A stretch of 64,000 nt of DNA, from NCBI GenBank assembly GCA_046498185.1, contig JAWOBE010000179.1:48583-112582 (forward strand), read 5' to 3'. The notes under the pieces are model-generated. The model ran no database searches and was not told the DNA's origin. It saw nothing but the letters and a program-made list of their open reading frames with translations. Below are positions 27,724 through 37,814 of this stretch, one piece after another (positions within the stretch are counted from its first letter, which is position 1; every line of letters begins with the position of its first letter). Made by a program: the position numbers and the translations under genes. This DNA is from Desulfatiglandaceae bacterium (GTDB lineage Bacteria > Desulfobacterota > DSM-4660 > Desulfatiglandales > Desulfatiglandaceae).

Positions 27724-28004
27724 TTCAGGCTCTCACTGGGATGGGTGTATTCCGGCAAATACTCCCGCCGAAAAGGCCGGGCTGTCCTTCTTGCCGCCAC
27801 GGCGGATCCTATTCCATTCAATGGGTGGCAACTCTATGTAAAGGGCAATCGGAAGTATAGTGGCAGCCAGTGCGCGTGTCAAAACAAAATGCAGCGATTT
27901 CAATCGAGTTTTGTCTTCACCCATTTTTTAAAATTGTTCTACGACCGGCGGCAAAGGAGAACAGAAAGATTGAAAAGCACTGACAAAGCAGGTATATTTA
28001 AGAA

Positions 28005-30086
28005 ATGAGTCAAAAATTCTTCAAATATCGGACCGTTTTAAATATAACTCTATTGCTGTTTTTGCTTTTTCTTTCCTGCCTTTTACTTGGCACAGCACTC
28101 GCGCAAAGCGCCTCCTCCGAGGAAGAAAAAAAAATACCGATAAGTCTTTCAGGGAATGTCGGCGAAGCCATGGCCAGGGAAGCCGGGAAGGTGCGAGCTG
28201 AACTCGAACGCCGGGCCTATTCGATATTTGAAAGGGAACCACTGGGCTGGAATCTTGAAACCGTCCGGTATATGTATCGTGAAGCAATTTCGCTGCCGGC
28301 AAAAATCCCTGACATCACCCGACATATCGCAGCCCAGGGTCGCGTGCTGGGGTTCGCCGGCTCGATGACCGTCTTTGTATTCATAGTGGCTGTACTCTAC
28401 AGCCTGATCTGGCGAAAACGGATTTATGCATGGACGGAGCGAAAGACGGAGCCTTTGCTCCGCCGTCTTCCCGATACCCTGGTACCTTATGTGCGCTCCG
28501 GGATAAAAGTCGTCACAGCAGCACTGCTTCCCCTTATTCTGTTAAGCCTGTTTCTGCTTGTGGAGGCGATGGTCGCCTACCGGGCGGCCTGGTTCAGCCT
28601 TACCGGCAGGCTTCTGGGCCTCTGGGCTGTTGGAAGCCTGGTGTTGAACGTTCTTTCCGAGACATTGACAGGAGGTCTTTTCACCGCCACCGCATCCTAC
28701 GGTGTGAAGCTTTATCGCTGGGCGAGCCTCGTGGTGTGGTACGTGCTGATCGTGATAGGAGTTTTTTGGGCCGCTGAATCATTCGATCTCCGCGAAGACG
28801 TGCTCATGTTGATAAAATGGGCGTTGTCGATTACCATCGTCGCCGCGGTTTTTCAGCTCCTGTTAAAAAAGAAGGCTCTGTTTTCGCTTCTGCCTTCACT
28901 TCCCTATGCGCCATACAAAAAGTTCATCCGGATCCTCACCGCCTGGTATTATCCTCTTCTGGGCATCTCGCTTCTCGCCGCGCTGCTGTGGTGCTTCGGA
29001 TACCGAAACTTCGGGCGGATCGTGCTTCACAAAATATGGTTCACCGGTGCCGCGTTCATGGCCATCATGGTGGCTTATCATCTCCTGAGCGGATGGCTCA
29101 AGAAGTGGCGTAATCGTATAGATTCAAAGGACGAAGCCGCCCGCCTGTTTATCAGTTCTTTGAAAACCCTTCTTATTTATACGACTGTTCTGGCCTCTTT
29201 TGGTGTGGTACTGAACCTCCTCGGTCTTGCCGACCTTGTCAAGCGTTTGATGTCCTTTCCGCTGTTCCACCTCGGCGAAAATGTGGTAAGCCTTTGGATT
29301 ATCGTTAACGCAGTTTTGATCCTTCTTGTCTTCGTCTTCGGAACCCGTCTTGTTCAAAGCTACCTCGACTACAAGGTTTATCCTTCCCTTGGGATAGACC
29401 AGGGGCTCGGATACGCCCTGAATACCTTTCTGAAGTATTTTTTGATCGTGGTCGGATTTCTGTTTTCTCTTAAGATAGTCGGAATCGATCTCAGGTTTCT
29501 GCTCGTTTTCGCGGGTGCGATCGGCATCGGATTGGGTCTAGGGCTCCAGAACATGGCCGCCAACATGATCAGCGGCTTCAGCATTATTTTCGGGGGGAAA
29601 ATAAGAAAGGGCGACTGGATAGAATCGGGCGGAACACTCGGAGTCGTGACCGACATCTACCTTCGAGCCACCAAGGTGCGAACCAGGGATAACATTGAAT
29701 ACCTGATCCCCAACTCGGAGCTTATATCCAACACCATCGTCAATTATTCGCTCTCCTCCCCTATGGTCCGTTTAGCTCTTCCTCTGGGGGTTTCATACAG
29801 CGCCGACACCCGGCAGGTGGAAAAGATTCTTCTGGCCGTGGCCGAAGCCGAACCGCTTGTATCGGATTACCAGAAACCCGTTGCCAGATTAGTCGGTTAC
29901 GGAGACAGTTCCATTGATTTCGAACTCCTGATATGGTTCGACGTCCGTAATATCGGACGGCGGAAAATCAGAAGTGCGCTTTATTTCGCGATTTTCGACG
30001 AATTCAAAGAAGCCGGCATTGAAATCCCCTTCCCGCAGCGGGATATCCATATCCGGAGTACTGTAGGACCGAAACTCGAAAACTGA
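28005..30086 (+). CDS. Mechanosensitive ion channel (MscS/MscK family)
   Basis: Has a signal peptide, multiple transmembrane helices and an MscS core (GFSIIFGGKIRKGDWIE...VRTRDNIEYLIPNSELI). Confidence 0.85.
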   Translation: MSQKFFKYRTVLNITLLLFLLFLSCLLLGTALAQSASSEEEKKIPISLSGNVGEAMAREAGKVRAELERRAYSIFEREPLGWNLETVRYMYREAISLPAKIPDITRHIAAQGRVLGFAGSMTVFVFIVAVLYSLIWRKRIYAWTERKTEPLLRRLPDTLVPYVRSGIKVVTAALLPLILLSLFLLVEAMVAYRAAWFSLTGRLLGLWAVGSLVLNVLSETLTGGLFTATASYGVKLYRWASLVVWYVLIVIGVFWAAESFDLREDVLMLIKWALSITIVAAVFQLLLKKKALFSLLPSLPYAPYKKFIRILTAWYYPLLGISLLAALLWCFGYRNFGRIVLHKIWFTGAAFMAIMVAYHLLSGWLKKWRNRIDSKDEAARLFISSLKTLLIYTTVLASFGVVLNLLGLADLVKRLMSFPLFHLGENVVSLWIIVNAVLILLVFVFGTRLVQSYLDYKVYPSLGIDQGLGYALNTFLKYFLIVVGFLFSLKIVGIDLRFLLVFAGAIGIGLGLGLQNMAANMISGFSIIFGGKIRKGDWIESGGTLGVVTDIYLRATKVRTRDNIEYLIPNSELISNTIVNYSLSSPMVRLALPLGVSYSADTRQVEKILLAVAEAEPLVSDYQKPVARLVGYGDSSIDFELLIWFDVRNIGRRKIRSALYFAIFDEFKEAGIEIPFPQRDIHIRSTVGPKLEN

Positions 30087-30148
30087 TCCCCACGGCTTTG
30101 CCTCGTAGCATCCGTCCTGGATCACAAAAACAACCCGAGGAGGAATCC

Positions 30149-30874
30149 ATGCAGAAAAAGCTCGCTGAAGGAGTTTATTTCATCGAAGGTCAAGACGATA
30201 TGATCCCGGATTCAAATGCTTATGTGCTGGCGGATGCATCCGGTGAAGACCTGACACTGGTGGATGCAGGCCTTGTGGGAAAAGGTGCCTACAAGCTGGA
30301 AAGCATTAAACGGCTGGGATTTGAAATCGGCCATCTACGGCGGATTATCATGACCCACACCCATCTGGACCATCTGGGATGCGTGCCTGAAATCCTGGAG
30401 CAGGTGCCGGATGTAGAGCTTTGGGTGCACGCCGAAGAGGCCGAACCGCTGGAGCAGGGAGATGACCGCATCGTATTCGGAATGCCTGCGCTGAGGGATA
30501 TGTGTTTATCACAGCTTGAAATTAGCCCCGAAACGTTGATGCTTAAGGTTAACCGCAAGCTCCAGGATGATGAAACCCTGCACCTGGGAGGCGAAACCTG
30601 GCGCGTCGTTCATATACCCGGGCATTCTCCCGGCTGTGTCGCCCTCTACAATCCCTCGAAAAAAATCCTCATCCCCGGCGATGTCGTCTATGCCGATTAT
30701 GCTATAGGGAGGTTCGATCTTCATGGAGCCGATCCTGCAGCCCATAAGGCATCCCTCTACAGGCTGGCGGAGCTGGAAGTTGATATGCTTCTTCCCGGTC
30801 ACGAGAGGGTCATGGAAACGGTCCAGCCCGGCTACATTAAAGAAACCGTCAAGCAATGGGAACAATACATGTAG
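30149..30874 (+). CDS. MBL-fold metallo-hydrolase
   Basis: Contains THTHLDHLG (HxHxDH). GAGGAGG lies before ATG 30149. Confidence 0.85.
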   Translation: MQKKLAEGVYFIEGQDDMIPDSNAYVLADASGEDLTLVDAGLVGKGAYKLESIKRLGFEIGHLRRIIMTHTHLDHLGCVPEILEQVPDVELWVHAEEAEPLEQGDDRIVFGMPALRDMCLSQLEISPETLMLKVNRKLQDDETLHLGGETWRVVHIPGHSPGCVALYNPSKKILIPGDVVYADYAIGRFDLHGADPAAHKASLYRLAELEVDMLLPGHERVMETVQPGYIKETVKQWEQYM

Positions 30875-31095
30875 GTTTTACACCTCCCGGGAACGATCGC
30901 ATGGGCACTACCTATACATTTCTTATATACGCGTCCGCTGCAACCAAAACAACCCCGGCGGACACGGCGCCTTGTTCCCGTGGACCAATGGTGTTATAGA
31001 TGGAGATGGATCAGGAATCAAATGTCATACCGCTTTATGCTGATGAAATGCTGGATGGATGTTTATCGTATTGACCAGAGAAAAAAAGGACAACC

Positions 31096-32685
31096 ATGGA
31101 ACCCATGATGATCACAGTCGGGCAGGCCCTTCGGGAAGCCGCCGTCAGGTTCCCGTTCCGCCCCGCCCTGACTCACGTTTCGCATGACGTGAGCCTTTCA
31201 TACGCGGAGCTGCTCGGGGAATCGGAAGAGGCCATGAGGGGTCTCATGGCCCTTGGCATCGGGAAAGGGGACAGGGTGGCCGTATTCGCGCCGAACATCC
31301 CTGAGTGGATCATAACCATGGCCGCTGTAATGGGCATGGGCGCGGTGCTGGTGCCGGTGGATCCGGGCGCGGACGAGGAAACCCTGGTTCACATGCTTGA
31401 CCGGGTGAAATGCCGGGCCATGATAGTATCGGCGGGATCCCGAGGCCCGGTGGACCGGCTCCTAGAGCTGCGGGACATGTTGCCGTCACTGGAGCACGTC
31501 ATCTTCACCGGTGAGCCCGACTGTCCCGGCGCCATTCCCTGGCGGGAACTCGCTGCCCTCGGGGAACATCTTCCTCGCGGAGCGGAGGCCGAAGCCGCCG
31601 GGCGGGTTTCGCCTGGCGACCCGGCGGCCATAATGTTCACCTCCGGAACCACCGGTCTTCCGAAAGGGGTCCTGCTCGACCACCAGGGTCTCGTGAATAA
31701 GACCCTTTGTGCCGCCGAACGGCAGGGTATCGACCACCGGGATCGCCTCTGCCTCTTCTTTCCGTTGTCGCACATGTTCGGAAATACGTGCATCGCTCTG
31801 GCAGCTTTTCTGAGGGGAGCCCACCTGGTCATGTCCGGGGAGGCATTCGATCCCGATGAAATCCATTCGGCAGTCTCCCGCGAGCGCTGCACGGCCATCT
31901 ACGGGACCCCGGGAATGTTTTCAGCGCTGATAGATCGGCCTGGGTTCGAACGGACCGAATGGACAAGTATCAAGAAGGGAATCGTCGGGGGTGCACCGTG
32001 CCCGATGGACCTGATGAAAAGGCTCGTTGAGGATCTGGGGATAAGGCACCTAACGGTGGGCTACGGCATTACCGAGGCTTCCAGCTGGATCACGATGACA
32101 ATGCCTGAAGACCCGCTCCACCTCCGCGTATCAACTATCGGCCGTGCGCTTCCGTGCAACGAGGTTAAAATCGCCGACCCGGCGACCGGCAAGCCCCTCC
32201 CCCCCGGCACGCGCGGGGAACTGTGCACCAAGGGCTTTCTGATGAAGGAATACTGGGAGATGCCCGCCGCCACCGCTGCCACCGTCGACCCCAAGGGCTG
32301 GCTTCACACCGGGGACCTGGGTGAGATGGACGAAGCGGGCTATGTGCGCATAAGCGGGCGGATCAAGGACGTGATCGTCAGGAAAGGTGTCGAGATTCAC
32401 CCGGTGGAACTGGAAGAAATAATCCACGAACTCCCCGGGGTATCACAGGTCCAGGTCTTCGGCTTCACGAATCCCGCCGGGGGCACGGAAGTGGCCGCAT
32501 GGGTGATCCCCCGGGAAGGCGTAAATCTCACCGGCGCCGAGATAGAAAACCACATGCAGAGCCGGATCGATGAGAGCCTCCGCCCGTCGCATTACAGAAT
32601 AGTGAAGGGATTTCCGACCACCGCGAGCGGCAAGGTACAAAAAAAGAAACTGGCGGAACTGGCGGAAAAAGCCGTCCTCACGTGA
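31096..32685 (+). CDS. AMP-forming acyl-CoA synthetase/ligase
   Basis: Contains the FTSGTTGLPKGV and TGDLGEMDEAGYVRISGRIKD motifs. Confidence 0.85.
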   Translation: MEPMMITVGQALREAAVRFPFRPALTHVSHDVSLSYAELLGESEEAMRGLMALGIGKGDRVAVFAPNIPEWIITMAAVMGMGAVLVPVDPGADEETLVHMLDRVKCRAMIVSAGSRGPVDRLLELRDMLPSLEHVIFTGEPDCPGAIPWRELAALGEHLPRGAEAEAAGRVSPGDPAAIMFTSGTTGLPKGVLLDHQGLVNKTLCAAERQGIDHRDRLCLFFPLSHMFGNTCIALAAFLRGAHLVMSGEAFDPDEIHSAVSRERCTAIYGTPGMFSALIDRPGFERTEWTSIKKGIVGGAPCPMDLMKRLVEDLGIRHLTVGYGITEASSWITMTMPEDPLHLRVSTIGRALPCNEVKIADPATGKPLPPGTRGELCTKGFLMKEYWEMPAATAATVDPKGWLHTGDLGEMDEAGYVRISGRIKDVIVRKGVEIHPVELEEIIHELPGVSQVQVFGFTNPAGGTEVAAWVIPREGVNLTGAEIENHMQSRIDESLRPSHYRIVKGFPTTASGKVQKKKLAELAEKAVLT

Positions 32686-32709
32686 CAGGGCGGCCGGCCT
32701 GGCGGAGTT

Positions 32710-33399
32710 CTATGGAAACGGCACCAGCGGCTTCACGGCGAAGTACAGAATCGGCAGGAAGATCGCCGGGAGCATGTTACCCACCCGAATTCGTTTAACC
32801 TCAAGCATATTGAAGCCTATCGCGGCGATCAAAAGTCCTCCGACGGCCGACATCTCCGTGATCACTTCGGGCGTCAGGAATCTGGATACGAACGACGCCG
32901 AAAGAGTTATCGCTCCCTGGTAGACCAACACCGAAACGGAACTGAACAAAACCCCCGCACCCATCGTGGAGGCGAACACGATTGAAGCGATTCCGTCAAG
33001 CAGGGATTTGGCGAACAACGTGCGGTGGTCTGAAGCCAGGCCGCTTTCAAGGGACCCCACGATCGCGAGTGCGCCGACGCAGAAAATGAGACTCGTGGTA
33101 ACAAACCCGCGGGAAAAACCCTCGCCTGCGGAGAAACGAGTCTGGACCCAGTTTCCTGCGCTTTCCAGACGGTCCTCTATGCGCAGCCATTCTCCCAGCA
33201 CGCTTCCGACCGCAAGGCATATTATAACCAAAAGAATTTGCTGGGTTTTAAACGCGTTGGAAATTCCGATGAGCATCACCGCCAGGGACAATGCCTGCAT
33301 CACAGTCGTACTGTACCGGGAAGGGATACCTCCCCGCAAAACAAGGCCTATCCCACCGCCTGCCACTATGGCTGCGGCATTGACAAAAGTACCCAGCAA
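32710..33399 (-). CDS. DUF554 membrane protein
   Basis: N-terminus reads MLGTFVNAAAIVAGGGIGL... The protein is polytopic and hydrophobic. Confidence 0.7.
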   Translation of the reverse strand: MLGTFVNAAAIVAGGGIGLVLRGGIPSRYSTTVMQALSLAVMLIGISNAFKTQQILLVIICLAVGSVLGEWLRIEDRLESAGNWVQTRFSAGEGFSRGFVTTSLIFCVGALAIVGSLESGLASDHRTLFAKSLLDGIASIVFASTMGAGVLFSSVSVLVYQGAITLSASFVSRFLTPEVITEMSAVGGLLIAAIGFNMLEVKRIRVGNMLPAIFLPILYFAVKPLVPFP

Positions 33400-33461
33400 A
33401 GCTATCTCCTGATAAAACTGAAAAAGATGGGGTTCAGTCGGGTGTCATCCCGGCAGGTTCT

Positions 33462-33914
33462 TCACGACGCCGCCTTCAATCTTTTGTGCTCCACCATGAT
33501 GCACTTGTTCATAACAACCTGCAGACCCGCTTCCCTGGCCCTTGCGGCAGCCTCGTTGTGGACGACGCCCAGCTGCATCCATAAAGTCCCGGCACCGACT
33601 TCAACGGCCTCTTCAACGACCTGAGGGATTCTCGAAGGAGAAATGAAGCAATCCACGATATCTATTTTGACCGGCACCTCGGAAACCCGCCTGTAGCAAC
33701 GCCTCCCCAAAAGATTTTCCTGCCCGGGATTCACCGGTATCACATCGTATCCCTGCTCGATCAAATAACGGGCCACGCGGTTGCTGTCCCGCTGTTCTTT
33801 TGGGGAAAGCCCTACGACGGCTATTGTGTGGGATTGCTCGAGTAGTCGTACAATATCAGCTTCCGGCGGGTTACAATCCGGCAACTCGCAGTTCTTTTCA
33901 GCCATAATCACCAT
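33462..33914 (-). CDS. CoA-binding domain protein
   Basis: Contains IAVVGLSPKEQRDSNRVARYLIEQGYDVIPVNP. The start is uncertain: the track uses a GTG at 33977, and I prefer ATG 33914. Confidence 0.7.
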   Translation of the reverse strand: MVIMAEKNCELPDCNPPEADIVRLLEQSHTIAVVGLSPKEQRDSNRVARYLIEQGYDVIPVNPGQENLLGRRCYRRVSEVPVKIDIVDCFISPSRIPQVVEEAVEVGAGTLWMQLGVVHNEAAARAREAGLQVVMNKCIMVEHKRLKAAS

Positions 33915-33976
33915 CTTCTTCGGGTTCACCTTTGCAGACGAGACCCTCGTTTTCATTCGGCATTTCCGGATGGGCA

Positions 33977-34294
33977 CTACTTAAGAGCCGAAGAGACCTT
34001 TTCGACTTTTTTCTTCATATCCATCGCAGTCTTGAGACCCGGCATCTGGTCCATAACCTTGCCGGTTATTTTTCCTTCGAGCGCCTGTGTGGGAGTGGAC
34101 GCGGCAGTTTTCGACTCCGGCGCATCGGCTTCAACCTGAGTCGTTTCATCGTTGTTCATATGCTTTTTTACATTCTTGAATTCCCTGATCGCTCCACCAA
34201 GGCCTTTACCGATCTCAGGCAGCCTTTTGGCGCCGAATATAAAAAAAACAACCAGTGCTATTACGATCAGTTCAGTGTGTCCCGGCATAAACAT
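33977..34294 (-). CDS. tatA: Twin-arginine translocase TatA/E family protein
   Basis: N-terminus reads MFMPGHTELIVIALVVFFIFGAKRLPEIGKGLG. GAGGAG lies before ATG 34294. The upstream 43 aa in the track look spurious. Confidence 0.85.
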   Translation of the reverse strand: MFMPGHTELIVIALVVFFIFGAKRLPEIGKGLGGAIREFKNVKKHMNNDETTQVEADAPESKTAASTPTQALEGKITGKVMDQMPGLKTAMDMKKKVEKVSSALK

Positions 34295-34426
34295 AGCCCG
34301 CTCCTCAATATTACCAGCCTTTAAACAAAAACGGTCCAGATTGAAAAAATATGTTTCTAACTTTAGTTGGTGCTGACCATTCGTAAACTTTACAGTGCTT
34401 ATCCGGCGTTTCCGGATGCGCACCTG

Positions 34427-35491
34427 CTAGCCTTGAGAATTCACGAACTGCACGGGATCCTCGCTTTCTTCCCGCGCCTCGACAGTTCCTATCAAACACG
34501 CTATTTCCCCTATAGCCTCCAGCCGCTGCAATACTTCGTCGGTTTCCTTTTCATTCACGACAATCACCAGCCCGAGCCCATTATTAAAGGTGCGCATCAT
34601 TTCGTGTTCAGGGATCTTTCCGACTTTTTGCAAATAAGAAAATATCGGTTGAGGCGTCCAGCTGTCCGTATCGATTACTGCCTTACATCTGCTGGGCAGC
34701 ATCCGGGGGATATTGTCTATCAGACCGCCGCCGGTTATGTGGGAAATCCCGTAAATCGTGAAATCCCGTCTCATATTGGTTATCGTTCTGGAATAAATCT
34801 TGGTGGGCTCAAGCAGTTCTTCACCCAGTGTTCTTCCAAACTCGTCTACGTGTTGATCCACGGACATCTTGAGATCATCGAAAAAAATCTTGCGTACAAG
34901 TGAAAACCCGTTGCTGTGGAGCCCGCTCGAAGCGATGCCGATCAATTTATATCCCACCGCGATCTCTGAACCATCGAGCAATTCTTCGTTGTCTGCCAGC
35001 CCCACTACGAAGCCGGCCAAATCGTATTCGCCTTCATGGTAAATGCCCGGCATCTCGGCGGTCTCTCCTCCGATAAGCGCACACTGAGCCTCAATGCATC
35101 CCGCTGCTATACCTTTGACCACTTCTCCGGCTTTTTTAAGATCCAGCTTTCCCATCGCCAAATAGTCCAGGAAAAAAAGCGGGGCCGCACCCTGGACCAT
35201 TATGTCGTTTACGCACATGGCAACCAGATCAATTCCGACTGTGTCGTGTTTGTCAAGCATGAAAGCGATTTTCAACTTCGTCCCGACTCCATCAGTGGAA
35301 CTCACAAGCACCGGATTTCTATAATGCTGGAGATTTAAAGAGAACAGACCGGCAAAACCTCCGATGTCGGTTATCACACCGGATTTGAAAGTCTTGTTCA
35401 CAATCGGCCGCAGTATATCAATGAATTTGTTTCCTGCGTCTATATCGACGCCAGCCTCTGCATACAACCCTTTCCCCAAGTGTTCTTCCAT
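34427..35491 (-). CDS. purM: Phosphoribosylformylglycinamidine cyclo-ligase (AIR synthetase)
   Basis: Typical PurM sequence (YAEAGVDIDAGN...GGFAGLF...GTDGVGTKL). Confidence 0.95.
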   Translation of the reverse strand: MEEHLGKGLYAEAGVDIDAGNKFIDILRPIVNKTFKSGVITDIGGFAGLFSLNLQHYRNPVLVSSTDGVGTKLKIAFMLDKHDTVGIDLVAMCVNDIMVQGAAPLFFLDYLAMGKLDLKKAGEVVKGIAAGCIEAQCALIGGETAEMPGIYHEGEYDLAGFVVGLADNEELLDGSEIAVGYKLIGIASSGLHSNGFSLVRKIFFDDLKMSVDQHVDEFGRTLGEELLEPTKIYSRTITNMRRDFTIYGISHITGGGLIDNIPRMLPSRCKAVIDTDSWTPQPIFSYLQKVGKIPEHEMMRTFNNGLGLVIVVNEKETDEVLQRLEAIGEIACLIGTVEAREESEDPVQFVNSQG

Positions 35492-35626
35492 CGTTCCGCC
35501 GGACCCCGTTTCTAATTTAATCGTGAAAACTTGCGATTACCACCATGAAAATTTAGTATTAGTAGTAGTATCTTGCAGTTTTGTTGTCAAACCTTTTCTC
35601 CGGGCTCCGGCCCGCAGCGGGATCAA

Positions 35627-37708
35627 ATGAACAGCAATGACCTACCCCCCTCTACATCATCGGTAATGCGACTGCGTGGTGTGGGCCCAAGCCGGGCGGC
35701 GCATCTGGCGGCCAAAGGGATAAAATCACTCCATGACCTACTCTATTTGCTGCCTTCGCGCTACGAGGACAGAAGACGGCCTGATTCAATCCTATCAGCG
35801 CGAGATTCTGAGACAATCCTGATCCGCGGTACCGTTGTTGCTAAAAGTGAAACGCTTTCCTTCCGCCGGCGCGGTGGGCGTTTCAAAGCCGTCATCAACG
35901 ATGGGACCGGCACGCTGGAACTTCTCTGGTTCAATTACCATACGGGGCACCTTTCCAGGCTCATCGAAAACGGCGCCGAAATCTGGATTTATGGAAAGGT
36001 CAACCGTTCGGGCGGCCTTCCCAGGATGATCCACCCGGAAATCGCAACTGTCGGTGGAGGTAGAGACGAAGATTTCAACCGTATCGTCCCGGTTTACCCC
36101 TCGATCGACGGACTCACGGCCCGCCTCTTGAGATCAGCAGTCGATCAAGCTCTGGATATCTTGATCCCGGGACTCCCCGACCCCCTGCCTGCCAAGATGG
36201 TCGAGCCCCTCAATCTTCCACCCCTTTCCGAGGCGCTGAAAGCCCTGCACCGTCCCGGGAAAGGGGCCGCCGTCACCGAATTAAACGAAGGTCGAAGCGA
36301 CGCCCACCGTCGAATATTGTTCGACAGGTTCTTTTCGCTGATGCTTGCCGTTCAGGTCAGGGCCGGGCACCGAAAACGAGCGATTGCAAAATCCTGCAGC
36401 CTACCTGATGATTTTCTCGCTGAGACACTTAAGTTTCTGCCCTTTAAGTTGACAAATTCCCAGCTTGCGGTTCTGGAGGAGATCCTTGAAGAAATCCGCC
36501 GCCCCAGCCCTATGAACCGGCTTCTTCAAGGAGACGTCGGATGTGGAAAGACCATCGTCGCAGCGATAGCCGCCCGTGCAGCAGCACTGAATAATATGCA
36601 GACCGCGATTATGGCGCCCACTCAGATCCTGGCCTCCCAACATTTCGACTATTTTTCCAAGCTGCCGGGAGAATTGGGTTTCGAGCCGGTGCTTATAACC
36701 GGTTCTTTCAGTGGGGTTGCACGGCGGCGTATACTGGAAAAAATATCAGGCGAGGGCTGCAACCCCGTAATCGGTACCCATACTCTGATACAGCAGGACC
36801 TAGAGTTTAAAAACCTGGGTCTTGTCATCATAGACGAACAACACCGCTTCGGCGTAAAACAACGCCGTCTCCTGGATCGAAAAGGTGAAAACCCTCATAT
36901 GCTGGTAATGTCGGCTACACCGATACCCAGAACGATGGCGATGGCCCTGCATGCTGACCTCGAAATTTCAACTATCACCGAGCTTCCTGCAGGCCGAAAA
37001 CCGGTGCTTACGCGGATGGCGTGGCCTGAGCACAAAAAGGATCTCTATCGAAGCTTAATCGCTAGATTGTCCGCGGGCCAGCAGGCAATTGTCGTTTGCC
37101 CGTTGGTGGAAAGCTGCGAAGATTCCGATCTTAAAAGCGCCGAAGAAATGTACTCGACACTGCGGGCACTGCTCGAACCGCGGTTCCGTGTGGGATTGGT
37201 TCATGGCAGACTAGCGGCAAAATTAAAAGACGAAACCATGGAAAAATTCAGACAAGGTAAAATAGACCTGCTCGTCGGGACTACGGTAATCGAACTGGGG
37301 GTTCACGCACCGCGGGCGACCATGATAATCGTCGAACACCCGGAGCGTTTCGGCCTCGCCCAGCTTCACCAGATCCGCGGCAGGGTAGGAAGGGGAAAGG
37401 CCGGTGGAGTATGCGTTCTGGTATGCAAAGAGGGGTTGGCTAACGAAGCGCTGGAAAGGCTCTCAATATTGACACGCTGTAGTGACGGCTTCAAAATAGC
37501 CGAATACGACATGAAAATGAGAGGCTATGGCGAGCTTGCCGGACTACGGCAGTCTGGTGCCGGAGAAGTTGACATCCGGGACGTCCTGCTGGAGCCTCAA
37601 CTTTTGAAAGCTGCACGGGAAGCAACGATGACAATACTCAAAAAGGATCCGCTTCTCACCGCGCCCGAACACGCTGGCCTCCGAAAAATGCTCCTCCCAC
37701 ATACATGA
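35627..37708 (+). CDS. recG: ATP-dependent DNA helicase RecG
   Basis: Contains LTNSQ, GDVGCGKT and DEQHRFGV. The track start at 35573 is a TTG; I prefer ATG 35627. Confidence 0.9.
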   Translation: MNSNDLPPSTSSVMRLRGVGPSRAAHLAAKGIKSLHDLLYLLPSRYEDRRRPDSILSARDSETILIRGTVVAKSETLSFRRRGGRFKAVINDGTGTLELLWFNYHTGHLSRLIENGAEIWIYGKVNRSGGLPRMIHPEIATVGGGRDEDFNRIVPVYPSIDGLTARLLRSAVDQALDILIPGLPDPLPAKMVEPLNLPPLSEALKALHRPGKGAAVTELNEGRSDAHRRILFDRFFSLMLAVQVRAGHRKRAIAKSCSLPDDFLAETLKFLPFKLTNSQLAVLEEILEEIRRPSPMNRLLQGDVGCGKTIVAAIAARAAALNNMQTAIMAPTQILASQHFDYFSKLPGELGFEPVLITGSFSGVARRRILEKISGEGCNPVIGTHTLIQQDLEFKNLGLVIIDEQHRFGVKQRRLLDRKGENPHMLVMSATPIPRTMAMALHADLEISTITELPAGRKPVLTRMAWPEHKKDLYRSLIARLSAGQQAIVVCPLVESCEDSDLKSAEEMYSTLRALLEPRFRVGLVHGRLAAKLKDETMEKFRQGKIDLLVGTTVIELGVHAPRATMIIVEHPERFGLAQLHQIRGRVGRGKAGGVCVLVCKEGLANEALERLSILTRCSDGFKIAEYDMKMRGYGELAGLRQSGAGEVDIRDVLLEPQLLKAAREATMTILKKDPLLTAPEHAGLRKMLLPHT

Positions 37709-37814
37709 ACATGCTGGCCTCGGGTTTTAAATTTGACCTTGTTTTTTAATCCTTGATTGGAATATAAAAAAGGTTCAATTTGTAAAATTAGGAAAACGTT
37801 TCAAAGAGGCCTGA

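Noticed and set aside
27733-27924. 63-aa minus-strand ORF (MGEDKTRLKSLHF...).
   Set aside because: It has no RBS and no recognisable motif, and its composition is unremarkable. I cannot support it as coding from sequence alone.
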